A stretch of 64,000 nucleotides of DNA from Leidyana gryllorum EB-2025a (lineage: Eukaryota > Protista > Apicomplexa), in contig JBLWGC010000047.1 in NCBI GenBank assembly GCA_048772705.1, positions 1 through 64,000 on the forward strand, given 5' to 3'. The notes beneath the pieces are model-generated. The model did not search any database. It was not told the origin of the DNA and saw only the letters and a list, made by a program, of their open reading frames with translations. Below, piece after piece: positions 10,955-22,772 of this stretch. Each line of letters starts with the position of its first letter. Positions within the stretch are counted from its first letter, which is position 1. The position numbers and the translations under genes were made by a program.

Positions 10955-12723
10955 ATGTCTGAACTATCGCCATTGTTGTGGATTCCCATTCTGACTTTTC
11001 TCCCACTGCTCGAGGCTGCGAGATTACGCCAAGTGTGTAAAAATGTCAAGACTTGCGTCCACGACCTTTTGACGTATGAGCACATTGAACTCGACAATGT
11101 CGATGAGAATATCCTGAGTCAGTTCTCTTGGTGGGATGCACTAATTAAACGAACTGTGAGGAGTATTGTGTCCCTCAAATTAAGTTCCAACTATCGAGCT
11201 GACTTCAACATACCCCGGCCTGCTGTCCTCCATCTTTTGCAACGGATGTGCGAGTTGGGAGTCCCGCGACTGAGATCTGTGTCTCTCGCTCTTTCCTCAG
11301 CCATTGGGGAGGTATTTGAGTTCAATCTTCCACCCACTGTCACTGACCTGAACTTGTTGCATGTTGATGCCTGGCCGGCTGCTCTCCGCCGCATCAAGGC
11401 TCCCGGCATTAAAAAATTGAGTGTTAACAGTTTATCCCGTGACTGTGTGGAACACGAACTTCCAGATGATATAGCTGACGAGATCGAAGATGCCTTCGAG
11501 CTGAACAGCGGTCTTGCAGCTTTTGTGCACCCCGAATTGTCCGAAGGAGCTGTCGTGGTATGTCACAACAGAGATCAGGATGATTATCGCTACTTTGTCA
11601 ACGAGGCCGAGCTTGGGATTTTGCGCTCCCGAATGATTCCGTTTGTGTTTCCTATCTTTGATGTTAAATACTACAGCCTAATGAGGTGTGTTGCCTGAAC
11701 TTTGCTTAATGTTGAATTCATGATGTCAGAGGCAGCAATAAAGTGAAGAGTCATTTCACTAAATATGAGGACACCCTGAGGAAGAATTTCCCATCAGAAG
11801 TGGTGGAACACATTATGCAGATTCCAAATCTCCTTCTAGTTCGTGCTGGTTTATACACCCCGTCCAGAGCTTGGCTGGCCATAAGAAAGCATCGAGATCT
11901 CACACTGGTGCCCCACTGGGTGAAATATCTACCCATCGGCCGGGAGGCACCACGGTCTCAGACGAAGTCGAAGAAGAAGAAGAGAGGCAAGAAGGCCACT
12001 GATGTTGCCGTGCCGGTTCCTCTCGAGATCGACGAGATCGAGAGCACTGCGCTCCCACAACATGTCGAACAGTATCACAAGTGGCTGGAGAGACTGTCAG
12101 GAAGGTCAAAGCTAACTATATTGGGCTGTTTCGCTGACATTAATCAAGTTATGACAGTGTATCTCGCCCTGGTACATCGTCGATCCCAGGACAAGCTGGT
12201 CCGAACACTCCGTTGTTCCACAATAGCTCACTTTGCTTACCCTTGGAGCCAGGCGATCTGGGAAATGCACGCCGCGGAATACACGGACCGGACATTGAGA
12301 GACATGCTGCTATTTGCTCGCTGTAACGCCGAGATTGTTGACGACATATTGGGGCCAAACCGAGACACCAGCATTGACAAACACATATCAACCGTCATGC
12401 GACACACCCGCACAATCAATTACGAGCCCAAAAGTATTGGAAAGCTCAACGCGTGGCAACTGAGGTCGTTCAGTCGTTTGTATGGTCGGCTCATGTCACA
12501 CACGGAAGCCGATGGTACGTTGCCCCGTATGGAGCCGCCCACCAATTGCATTATCGGCCAAGTTAATTGGAGCGATCCTTGGATTCGCCGTTGTCTAATT
12601 GAAGAAGACAGGGAGACTCTGAATGATTGGAACATTCCAACCAGCTCATTGTTCGCCAGAGAAAGTTGTTCCAGAGGTGGTAGTGATTACCATTACGGCG
12701 ACTACGACTACTACGACTACTAA
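10955..12723 (+). CDS. F-box protein, family member 3 (intron 11686-11729)
   Basis: LSPLLWIPILTFLPLLEAARLRQVCK; a 44-nt GT...CAG intron restores the frame into ORF 11743. Confidence 0.75.
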
Positions 12724-13971
12724 GCAACATTTGACTTTGCACCTTTCTGGACCAAACGAAATGTTACGTAGCGAAAAGTGGTTGATGAGTGTCTGAGGCA
12801 TCCAACATACGGCATTCGTTGCACTTGTTGTCAATCGAGTCGAGCAGTCACTGACCACTCGGGAAGATGAATCTGATGGGCTTAGCCGAGGTATGAGAAA
12901 GGACGACCGACAAGGGGGAGCATTCTTATAGGAACGAGTGGGCTACGTATCACTCTTCTCCTCGTCATCGCTCCACCATTGTAAATTGGTGTAGACTTCC
13001 TCATGTTTTGTAGTCCCGGCCAGCCCTGGCCGGCCGGGTCCGATCTAGATCCAGCCCGGAAATTGGGCCGCGTTTCTACCATCGAGCAGTCGGGGTTTTT
13101 GGGTGTTTTGACAGTGATCTATTTGGGTTCGTAAAAAAAGAACGTATTTGGAGCACCTTGGGTTCTAAGCTTGGTTGTATGACTCTATGTCTCCGGTTCC
13201 GGGCCAGCCGGCCCGGAGACACAGACACCCGCCGGACCGGTCCTGGGCCGGACGGCGACAATACGTGTCGCCGTTCTTATCACCTCAATTTTCCCCAATC
13301 TCTCTACGTAAACAACAGAGGAACGAAGGCGACGGGCTCTCCCGCCGTCCAGCTGCTCATAGGGCCCGATTGAATACAAGGTGGCTTTGTGGGACCGCCG
13401 TCTCAAGAGACGCATTGAGGTTTGGCTCGCGCGACTTTAGAGCTTATCTTCGAGCTCACATATGGGCGATACGCCATGGGCGGTCTTCAAACGGTGCTTG
13501 GTGGCGAGAAGACTTCAACAGACGCGCCGAGGCCGCGATACTGAGAGGCTTGTACTCTTCAGCAAACTTCAAGGAGATAAAATGCGACTCATTCGGCTCA
13601 CCATTGTAGAAGTTGATGTACTTGTGAACTCGAAAGCATGTCACCACTCAGCAGTCTCGAACCTTCACCGCTCCTCCACAAGTCACACTGAGGCTCGAGA
13701 CGCTGTCATCCTCGTGGTTTGAGTTGGTTGCAGAGTATTTCTGCTGAGACAGTGCGGTGGACTGAAGAACAGATCCCTTGAAGCACAGTCGCTGATTTTT
13801 TTACTCTTTTTCAGTGGTCATATGTGATGTCGTTGTGTCTGGTGTGTGCGGTGTATCCCTTGGCGTGTGGTATCTGGATAAAGTACCATCACTACCTTCT
13901 TCTGCTCCTCTCCTCTTTTTGGTATTCCTACCGAACAAGTATTCAACTGTCCCATTATTTACTCTAAGACC

Positions 13972-14211
13972 ATGCGTTTCTTGTATGCTCTGATCGCTCT
14001 TGTGTCATTCGCCACTGCTACCAATCTACGTGCGTCCTCAACCTCAACTGCCCTTTTCTATGTACGCGGAGAAACTAACGGACTCCAAGTCCCTCTGGAG
14101 CCGAAGGTCGAACACGAAGTGCGAGCACAGAGCTTGACAAACGGCCGAGTTGCCTTGAAGGAATTCATGAGGCGCCACCCTGATGGCAAGATCCACCATC
14201 ACCACTTCTGA
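13972..14211 (+). CDS. Small secreted hypothetical protein (79 aa)
   Basis: ATG start and a clear signal peptide MRFLYALIALVSFATA; ends KIHHHHF. Confidence 0.6.
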   Translation: MRFLYALIALVSFATATNLRASSTSTALFYVRGETNGLQVPLEPKVEHEVRAQSLTNGRVALKEFMRRHPDGKIHHHHF

Positions 14212-14411
14212 GGTCGACTCCCTCCGTGACTTGGAGTGAGAGGGAACACCGACACTACCGATTCACGCACGATGAATGAGTCTTGATCCCCCTCACTCTC
14301 CTGTTTATCTTTTTGGTAAATAAATGACTTACTCTTTGAAATTTCGAACTTGGAACTTGATTTGATGGCACAAACACAACTTGACAGCACGAAACACCCC
14401 TTGTTGCGCGT

Positions 14412-15479
14412 CTACTCTGAATCTGCCGGCGCAGCTAAGTAAGGCTCTTCAATGCTTATCTCCGTGGGGTCCACATCTATTGCACCGTCCACGACATCGC
14501 TGAGTTCTTCCCTATCCCAACTTGTCAACTGTATGTGATCTGGATATATAGTGGAGGGTCGGAATCTGCCCTTGGTGATCACAGGAGGCGACTTGACAGT
14601 CAGCAATTCTTTCAGATTGACACCAGCGTTGAGGAGGTTGGAGTTGAGGGCCATGGGGCTAATCATAGCGTCGACCGCATGTCTAAAAGCGTTGATGTGT
14701 TTCAATATCCCTCGTTGATATCCAATCAAAGTTGCCAGTCTCTCTGAGCGCAGGAGCGCAGGAGGGGCGCAAGCCTGCCACTGGAGCCCTCTCGACTTGT
14801 CTCTGCTAAAAGTGGTTCTGTAATCCTCAGCGTAGTCCTCGTAGATCTCGGTGTAATTCAGCCGATCCATACGTTCCTGTTCCACCACTGGGGTGAGCCA
14901 GTCAGGACACTGAACACACAGATTGCCCATTGACATGGACTTGATGAATCCCTTGGGACATTTTGAAGTAGTCACGCCTCTGACCAGCGACAACAGACAG
15001 GTTGGTACTTTTCGAGCTTCCGGCTGCTGATCCCAGGCCTTGTGGTCACACATGACGCGATAAAGCAATCCCCGGTTGGCCATCGCGATCTCCAGCAACG
15101 ATAAAGACAAAAGCTCTCCTGACGCCGCTTTGTGGAGCTCCCCCGGCGGCGTGCAGACTTCGGTGGCATCCTGCTCTCCCAAACGGGCATAGTTTGCGGC
15201 AGCAAATTTGCCCGTCTTCTTCCCCCAAACGACGGGTCTGCCAGAATCACCTGTGATTTCGGGCAATTCTACTCGTCCAGTGAAGATTTGACTGAATCTT
15301 CCCGATTTGACGAATTCGTCAACAACTTCATCATCTGTTGTGTTGTTGCCGAGTTTGTTTCGCGGAACTGCCGGCGCATCTGAGTCAACCGTTCTCAAAC
15401 CCCGAGAAATGGTTCGTACTGCGGATATAGTTGGACACCATGAACCCAAAAGGCCTAATATGAGAAGAAACCGGGCCAT
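14412..15479 (-). CDS. Secreted Cys-containing hypothetical protein
   Basis: Long ORF; the ATG at 15479 gives signal peptide MARFLLILGLLGSWCPTISA. Confidence 0.7.
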   Translation of the reverse strand: MARFLLILGLLGSWCPTISAVRTISRGLRTVDSDAPAVPRNKLGNNTTDDEVVDEFVKSGRFSQIFTGRVELPEITGDSGRPVVWGKKTGKFAAANYARLGEQDATEVCTPPGELHKAASGELLSLSLLEIAMANRGLLYRVMCDHKAWDQQPEARKVPTCLLSLVRGVTTSKCPKGFIKSMSMGNLCVQCPDWLTPVVEQERMDRLNYTEIYEDYAEDYRTTFSRDKSRGLQWQACAPPALLRSERLATLIGYQRGILKHINAFRHAVDAMISPMALNSNLLNAGVNLKELLTVKSPPVITKGRFRPSTIYPDHIQLTSWDREELSDVVDGAIDVDPTEISIEEPYLAAPADSE

Positions 15480-15481
15480 CC

Positions 15482-16111
15482 TCACAAGGCATGCATACAT
15501 GCAATCGAGAACAGAATCATTGAAGACAATGTAAGTGTAATAGTCGACGAAACCCCCGCGACCATGGGTTGAGCCAGCTGGGAGGCGAGCGCAGCTTGTT
15601 GGTTCAGAGCCAACTCCCCGGCAGCCAGTGGGATCTCTTCCACAACGCAAACACGATACTTCTTGGCAAATTTCGTCTCAGTCAACCTCCACTCCATATT
15701 GGTAATCCCTGGCCGGAACGACTCACTCCCGGGACATTCCGCTTTGATTAGTGCCTTTCCGACGAACTTGATATAGTTCTTCACTTTGCAGTACGCACAA
15801 GGAGCGTGAAGAGCCAGAGGGTCACACACACCCGGATTCTTCTTGTAAAAGGAACACAATACCATACCTCTAACCCTCTCTTCGGGCATCTGTGCCAAGA
15901 TATCCCAATGCTTCTTGCGAGCACCGTACGCCAGCTCTGGAGCTCTCAGAGCGTTCGCATCGGCAGACGCACTCGACCCACTGGAGGAATCCAAAGAACC
16001 GCTCGCGCGGTTTGTGTCACGGGCGTCTCCGTACGAAATCGAGCATGAACAGAACAACCAGAACAGCAGCACGATGCTTAACCACCCCGGCTTGGGTATC
16101 CGATGTCGCAT
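15482..16111 (-). CDS. Cys-rich putative surface protein (signal peptide and hydrophobic C-terminus, possibly GPI-anchored)
   Basis: WLSIVLLFWLFCSCSISYG at the N-terminus, six Cys in the core, hydrophobic tail. The start could be 16135. Confidence 0.6.
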   Translation of the reverse strand: MRHRIPKPGWLSIVLLFWLFCSCSISYGDARDTNRASGSLDSSSGSSASADANALRAPELAYGARKKHWDILAQMPEERVRGMVLCSFYKKNPGVCDPLALHAPCAYCKVKNYIKFVGKALIKAECPGSESFRPGITNMEWRLTETKFAKKYRVCVVEEIPLAAGELALNQQAALASQLAQPMVAGVSSTITLTLSSMILFSIACMHAL

Positions 16112-16138
16112 GCTGGAACAACAGACGACATGCACGCT

Positions 16139-19100
16139 TCATTGACTGAGGAAGCTTGTGAGGTTTGATTGTTTCAAAACGGGTTTATCGTCGGGCCCAC
16201 TGAATCGCAGTGGCTCCGGCTCGTCATCGGCTGTGATGAGAATGCTCTCTCTCTTATCAATCACTTTTCCTCCTGCAGGTATCTGTTGTCGCCAACCAAC
16301 CTTTTTGTTGGTCTCGCCAATGTCGTCTCTAAAATCCTCTTGAACACCGTTAAGACTCGAGGTGATTCCAGCCCATTTCCGCTGCAATATACCCCATACA
16401 GTCTCGTCCAGAGTACGCTGTGTGAACAGAGAGAGGCACATATATGACTCAGACACACAAATTTGCGGCTTACCTCTGCGACGCAATAGTGGATATTGAT
16501 CGTTGAGTACGTAGTTCCTATCCTGTGGCAACGGTCCTCGGCTTGTAAAATCTGTCCAGGGACCCAATAGAGCTCAGCAAATACAGCCGTGCCAGCAGCC
16601 GTCATGTTGAGTCCATGTCCACAGGCAGTTATCGACAGAATGGCCACCCGACAATTTTCATCGGTTTGGAAGCGCTTGACCAGCCCTTCTCTGTGACTTT
16701 GTGGTGTCTGTCCATCAACCCGAATATAGGGCACTTCGCCCTTCTTGAGACGCTCCTCCAAACTGTTCATTACTATTCGATGATGCGCGAATACGATAAA
16801 CTTGTGTTCCACTTGCAACAAGTAATCCACATAGTCACAAACACCCTCGGCCTTCGCCTCCCCAGTCTTTCGGAAGAGTTGAGAGATCAGACTTTGTCCT
16901 GTCCCTCCTTCATTCTCATCTTCCTCATCCACAAATCCACACAGTGTAGACTGTGCAATTTCTCGACACGCCTTTCCGGCTTCAATTGCGGCCATCTTGG
17001 CCATAATCTCCTTCAAGGCGGCACTGCTGATCTCCACAGGTACTTTGGACCTCAGCTTGGGTGGCAGTTCGCGCTGAACATCTTTCTTCAACCGACGTAT
17101 CATAACCGTTGATGTCAGCAGTACATTGAGTTCGTCCGGCAACCGACTCCCATAGTACTCTTTCTTGCGGGACCAGGGATTCTGTCTGACCTCACAATAT
17201 CTCGAGGCAAAGTCATCAGATTTAGCAAAGTCGGGCATCTATAGAAAGCAACCTCACACTCCCCATTGACTCCTGCAAAACTCACCAAAGCAACGACCTG
17301 TTGATACAACTCTGACGGCTTGTTGAGAGCGGGGGTACCCGAGAGTAGCAGGGCGCGATTGGCGCTCTGCAACAACGGTACAATCTGTAGTTGAGACAAT
17401 ATACTCCAGAAGATAGGGTCTTCGAAAGCTTACAATCTGAGATCGTTTGGCTTGGGCAGATTTGAGATAGTGCGACTCATCGCACACAACGATCTTAAAT
17501 CCCGAATGAAGCGACGGCATCTTCACCAACAACTCATAGGATGTGACTATTATCTTAGCCGAAGGCGGGATTGGCGTTTTACCGTTCCTTATTACGATCA
17601 ACTGAGAGACCGAGGATGGAACATGGTGAATTCCGGGCTGTATAATCTCAATCACTCACCTCCTCCGCGGGAGACGTAAAGTAATGATTCAACCATTGTA
17701 GCGCTTGATCCTTCCACTGGAAACGACTATTGATTATCAACTTGATTGGTCTGGTCAATCGACTCACATTGAACTCGGACACACTACCAGAGCCGGCCAC
17801 TCGGAGCGGTAGACAGCGATGATACTCAAAGCTCCGAGCGTCTTTCCGAGACCCATTTCGTCCCCAATCAGTACTCGGCCATTGCGGGCGAGGGCAAAGT
17901 CGAGAGCCTCACGCTGGGAAAGGATGTCTCAGAAACATGAGGCCAGCCGTACCTGAAAGGGTTTGAGAGCACCAGCCAAGCGCGGACCAATGAGGGTGTC
18001 GGAGTCGGGCTTAAGCGCCAGAGTTCGAGGAGAGGTCTGACGGAGCAGTAGATTGGCGCACTTCAACTTCAACTTGAGTGTGGGTGCGAAGTTTATAAAG
18101 CTCGGGAAAGCCCTCAGGACAAAGCCCGGGATGCCGACGACGCCAGCCAGCTTTGGATTGACTACCTAATACCGCCATGATCTGACAGGAGACAGCCTGC
18201 GCGATGCACAAGTCTCACCTGCCGGATGGCCTCGAGCAGGGCCGGATACTCCTGGGCATCAACCAGTATCCCTTGGATGGGCTTCTCGGGGAGTTTCCGA
18301 GAGCGATGTTGCTAAAGACAGATCGAGAAGTGCCGGGAAGAAGAGTATTCCTTCTCACGTTGACAACAGCGAATAGTTCAACTGGCAAGAAGGTACTCAG
18401 ACTTTTACGCGAGCCTTTGCCCACGCGTTCGGCTTGTATCTACACTGTGTAAGAACTCAGGCAAGCATGAGCTTACACGGAAGTGAGTTGAAGTACACAA
18501 TTCGAAGATCAACGAGCCTTCAAAGGTGCTCAGGGGTTTGTTCACGCAGAGTTCCAAAGAGTCGGGTAAGTGTCGTGTGGGGGGACTCCGTGCGGTGATG
18601 CGGGTTGGAGAAGTGGAAGTGGCCGGAGAAAGGCCTTCAGACAATGGATCTCGTTTGGAGCCCGATACTGCGTCGTCGACATCAGCTGTCCAACCAAAGG
18701 ATGCCATGAGATCATTGGATGGAAGAGGACGGCCACGGCCCCTGCCCTTTTCCTCGGCGGTTTGCAAGGCGGCGTAGGCCAGGTCCTCTTTGGTCACTAA
18801 GTCGTCCTCACCGTCGTCTTCCTGCAGACCATTGGCTAACTCATCAGTGTGGAAAGTGTCAAATCCATCGTCAAGCCAACGCTCGAAACGGTTCCGTTTA
18901 GGGGCTGACTGATGATCATGGAGCTGGTCCTCCAGATCCTCCCAGGGACCCTGTTTCCGTTTTCGTCTGGAAGGAGGGGCTGGGGGTGCGTCAAATGCAA
19001 TGCAAGTGGAACTAGCACCACCGTGGTGTGCGGCCAACTGACGTTCGATCTTCTTGTTCTCCTGATTGGCCACACCACCGGGCTGAGCAACACCTTTGGT

Positions 19101-19241
19101 CTGTAGCCACGTGCGAAACTCGCCCATGGCACCAGACGCGCCGTCCAGCCCCAGCACCCATTGGCAGTACTTTAGGTCCTCCTTGAGGATCGTCTGATAG
19201 GTTTTGCCTCTATGCTTTCCAAGGGGGAGAGTTTCTGACAT
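16139..19241 (-). CDS. SMARCAL1: SNF2-family annealing helicase, SMARCAL1/ZRANB3-like (multi-exon)
   Basis: [14 protein letters not shown] (about 17840-17880), [56 protein letters not shown]. Confidence 0.9.
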
Positions 19242-19348
19242 TTTGATTCGAGAAACGAAACGAAGAACGTGAGTGTGAACAAAAGAAACAATTTTGCTGA
19301 AGGCCGGGTCACTCTTGGCCAATTGGTTACACAGCACTAAGCAGCAAT

Positions 19349-21733
19349 ATGGGTGTTTATCTTTCCAAGGCCAACACCACTAAGGAGTCAGAAGATGGGG
19401 GTGATGCAGTGCAGAATTGCACCAGGTATGGGGTGTCAGCCATGCAAGGTTGGCGGCAGGGTATGGAAGATGCCCACATTACAAAACCTCTCATTGCGCC
19501 TGTGACGGACCTTCTGAATCGGGAAGTCAGTCTCTATGGTGTCTTCGATGGCCATGGTGGTGCTACTGTGTCTCAATGGATAGCAAGACATATGGAGTCA
19601 ATCTTAACTGAGTCGGTGAACAATGCGAGAGCAGCTCTCAGGGAAAAAGAGCCCGAGGTGTTGGAGAAGAGGTACGGTACTCTCTCCTCCCAACTGTCAA
19701 ATAGGCTGTTACTACCAGCGAGTTGCCAGCAGACATTATCGTGTTGTGCGAGGCGTTGCAAATGTGTTTCTTGAAGCTCGATGCGGATATGCAATCGGCT
19801 GAGAACCGAGAGGAGATAAAAGAAATCTTCCTGGTAATGTGACCGTCAACTTGTTGACCTGTGTGTGCAGTGTTTGCTGTGTGTGTAATTCAATCCCGTA
19901 TGAAAGCCCATCCATGGGCAACTGTATCATTCATTGTGTCTTCACCGCCCCCTCCCGACCACCTCTTGCGTGGGGAGAACAATTATAATCGTCGCCCGCC
20001 CCACCCTGTCTCCCACCACATTGTCGCTGCAATGTTAGCGTTCCCCGCCTTGAGCAACGTGCTGACTTTGATAATCTTTGTGTAAGCAGACCACGCAGTC
20101 TAAGGCTAAAGAGGAGGAGCCAGATAACGGGGACGAGATCAACCAACCGTACAAGACACTGCTGTCTATGTCCAACAACCCTCGCACTTTACTCCAAGCC
20201 TTGCTGATAGGATCTGGCAACAGGTCGCCCACCATCAGAATGGTTGAACAGGACGGCGAGCAATATTTCCAAATTAATCCGCCAGCTGACGACGAAGAAG
20301 ATGAGGAACAAAGGTTCAAAGAAGACGAAGAGAAGGTTTCTGAAAGCGAACCTGAGAAAGAGAAGAGCGACTCTGCTGAACAGTCAGCCAGCTCTCCCGC
20401 CCCCCATCAAGGCGCTACTCACAACGCCCCCGCCGAGGGTGTCGAGTCAACTCCTCCCACGGTACCAGCTGATCCAGCCCTGATTGCGGAAGAGGTGCCC
20501 GCGGCTGTTTCGGCTGTACCGCATGTTGATGTGGTGGAAGACGCTGACGAGGTGGAACCCCGGTCCGCTGAAGAAGCCAGCATGCTCAGCCGTAACACAT
20601 TGCCCGCCTGGGCTCCGGAGACCACAGGCGCTGCGGCAATCGTGGCCGCGGTGGTGGGCGGAGATCAACCATACCTCATCACTGCCAATGCGGGAGATTC
20701 TCGATGCGTTCTCTGTCGCGGTGGCACTGCTATTGGGATGTCACTTGATCATAAACCTCACCTACCAGGAGAACTGGACAGGATCACCAAGGCTGGTGGC
20801 GCGGTAAGTACTTGGTGACTCGAGACCACACTCTACCAAACATTCGTCTCTGTCGCACAGGTTCTGGCAGGTCGTGTGGACGGAAATTTGAATCTGTCCC
20901 GTACCATCGGCGACCTTTATTATAAGGGCAACACCAAGCTCGGCCCCGAGGAGCAAAAGGTACAACACTTCAAATTATCCTTGCATCCGAACTTTCATCA
21001 CCCTCCCCTGCAGATTACTGCTTTCCCGGATGTGAGGGTTATTCCACTCAACAAAGAAGACGAGTTCGTTATACTCGCCTGTGATGGCATTTGGTACGTT
21101 ACTCTCTCCTCCATCTAGCAGACACTTTCTCTCTCTTCCAGGGATTGTGTCTCGAACGAGGAAGCCGTCAAGTTTGTTCGCGAACGCCTCGGCCCCAGTC
21201 CAGGTGGGTTCACCTTCGACCCCGTCGCTCGTCTTACACCCGGTTCTTTTCTCACAGATGAGACCAAGCTATCGAAGATATGCGAGGAGTTGTGCGACTT
21301 CTGTTTGGCAGACAGTGAGTGGCATTTGGTTTGGAGGACCGTTTGTGGAACTTTTATCGTTGCAGACCCAATGAATAGTGATGGGGGTATCGGATGCGAT
21401 AACATGACTTGCATCATTGTGGTAAGGAGAGCTACTTACTGTACCTGCGTGCGTGTGTCAGTGTGTGTTTGTGTGGTGTGTAATGGGTCATCAATGCTTT
21501 TGTGCTTTGTTGTCTGTGTGCCACCTCTGAGCTGCTTCTTGGTTGCGTCTGTATTCTCGGTACCTTAATGATCGATGTTTGTTTGGCTTCAGTTGCTGAA
21601 CCGTCGCTTGCGCGACCAGGGGGTTGAATCTGCAACGATGGGTCTGAAGCTGTACGAGTCGCCGCTGAGCAACCAGACTGGCACGACTGAGTCGACTGAC
21701 ACTAAAGTGACGGACGCCGCTGTAGAAGTCTGA
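19349..21733 (+). CDS. Protein phosphatase 2C (PPM1G-like, MG myristoylation start, acidic insert; multi-exon)
   Basis: [60 protein letters not shown]. Last exon is 21593-21733. Confidence 0.93.
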
Positions 21734-22080
21734 TTTTTGTTTCTTTGGTCTACTGAACATATCATCAGTTGGAGAAGATTGCAGCACTGTTGTTGTAATG
21801 ATCGAAAAGTTAAGCGTCACGCCACGCCATATTAGGAAAGAGAGGAAATAGTGAGTAGTCACACACCAGAGAGAGCCTCGGCGCTACCAAATCCCATTTA
21901 TTGAAAGAAAACGAGCACCCCATGGCCATTGGAGTAAGAAAATAGTAGTGATCCGCGAAGACGTCGGCGTCGAAAATACACACAGAAAGAGCAGTAAGGG
22001 CCATGTACAAGTCGTAGTAGAAGTACAACCTCTGCCGTTAGCAAAACGTACAAGCAGAGGCTTGAGACACACCCCGAATA

Positions 22081-22665
22081 TCACTGGAGATCCCAGGTCG
22101 AAGGAGAAGATTGAGCGGAGTAGCTGTCCGCCGTCATTGTCATCATAGCGGGGTGGTTCGTAAGGTCCTTCAACATGGCCGCCAAAGTTGAGTCAGCGAG
22201 TAAACCAGACTCCGCAATTCGCTGGAAAGCGAGTAAAAGATCATCGAGGTCGGCACCTTGATCGTCAGGATCTGAAGGAGGAGGTTGTCCTATCGCAGGT
22301 GGAGTGGGCGGAGATAGTGCTGGTCGCAGAGAGGGGGCGGAGAGGAGAGCCTCATCGCACAGACGCAATTCAGACTCCGAATGAGCGAACTTGCAATGGG
22401 CACCAACTGAGCATACACCCCGTTGCTCAAATTCAGTACAAAGGCGCGTTCGACGCAGATCGGGACATGCCCGAAGTTCTTCTTCGGTGTGTGCGAAGAA
22501 ACAGGAGTCTCCACGTCCGCACTTGCCTTCATTCACCCACCGACACATTTTGGTCTTCAACATACGAGCACGTAACGCATTGGAGACCTTTCCACGGTTT
22601 TTGGAACGCCGGCCGCGCTTCACTACCTCGGAAGCACCGTCGGTTGTAGGGGACGACTCAGACAT
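22081..22665 (-). CDS. Tandem CCCH zinc-finger RNA-binding protein
   Basis: KTKMCRWVNEGKCGRGDSCFFAH and RTRLCTEFEQRGVCSVGAHCKFAH. Confidence 0.9.
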   Translation of the reverse strand: MSESSPTTDGASEVVKRGRRSKNRGKVSNALRARMLKTKMCRWVNEGKCGRGDSCFFAHTEEELRACPDLRRTRLCTEFEQRGVCSVGAHCKFAHSESELRLCDEALLSAPSLRPALSPPTPPAIGQPPPSDPDDQGADLDDLLLAFQRIAESGLLADSTLAAMLKDLTNHPAMMTMTADSYSAQSSPSTWDLQ

Positions 22666-22772
22666 ATCAACAAAACAAAAGCCAACCAAGAGCTGAATTG
22701 GATGGACCGCCACAGGACGTCAATCCAAGGCCACAAATAAACTGTAAATTGAGCAATTTTTTCCGAAACGGA

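Noticed and set aside
6331-11743. Programmed frameshifts or stop readthrough in the paired F-box ORFs
   Set aside because: Short GT-AG introns at a homologous position restore the frame in all three genes.
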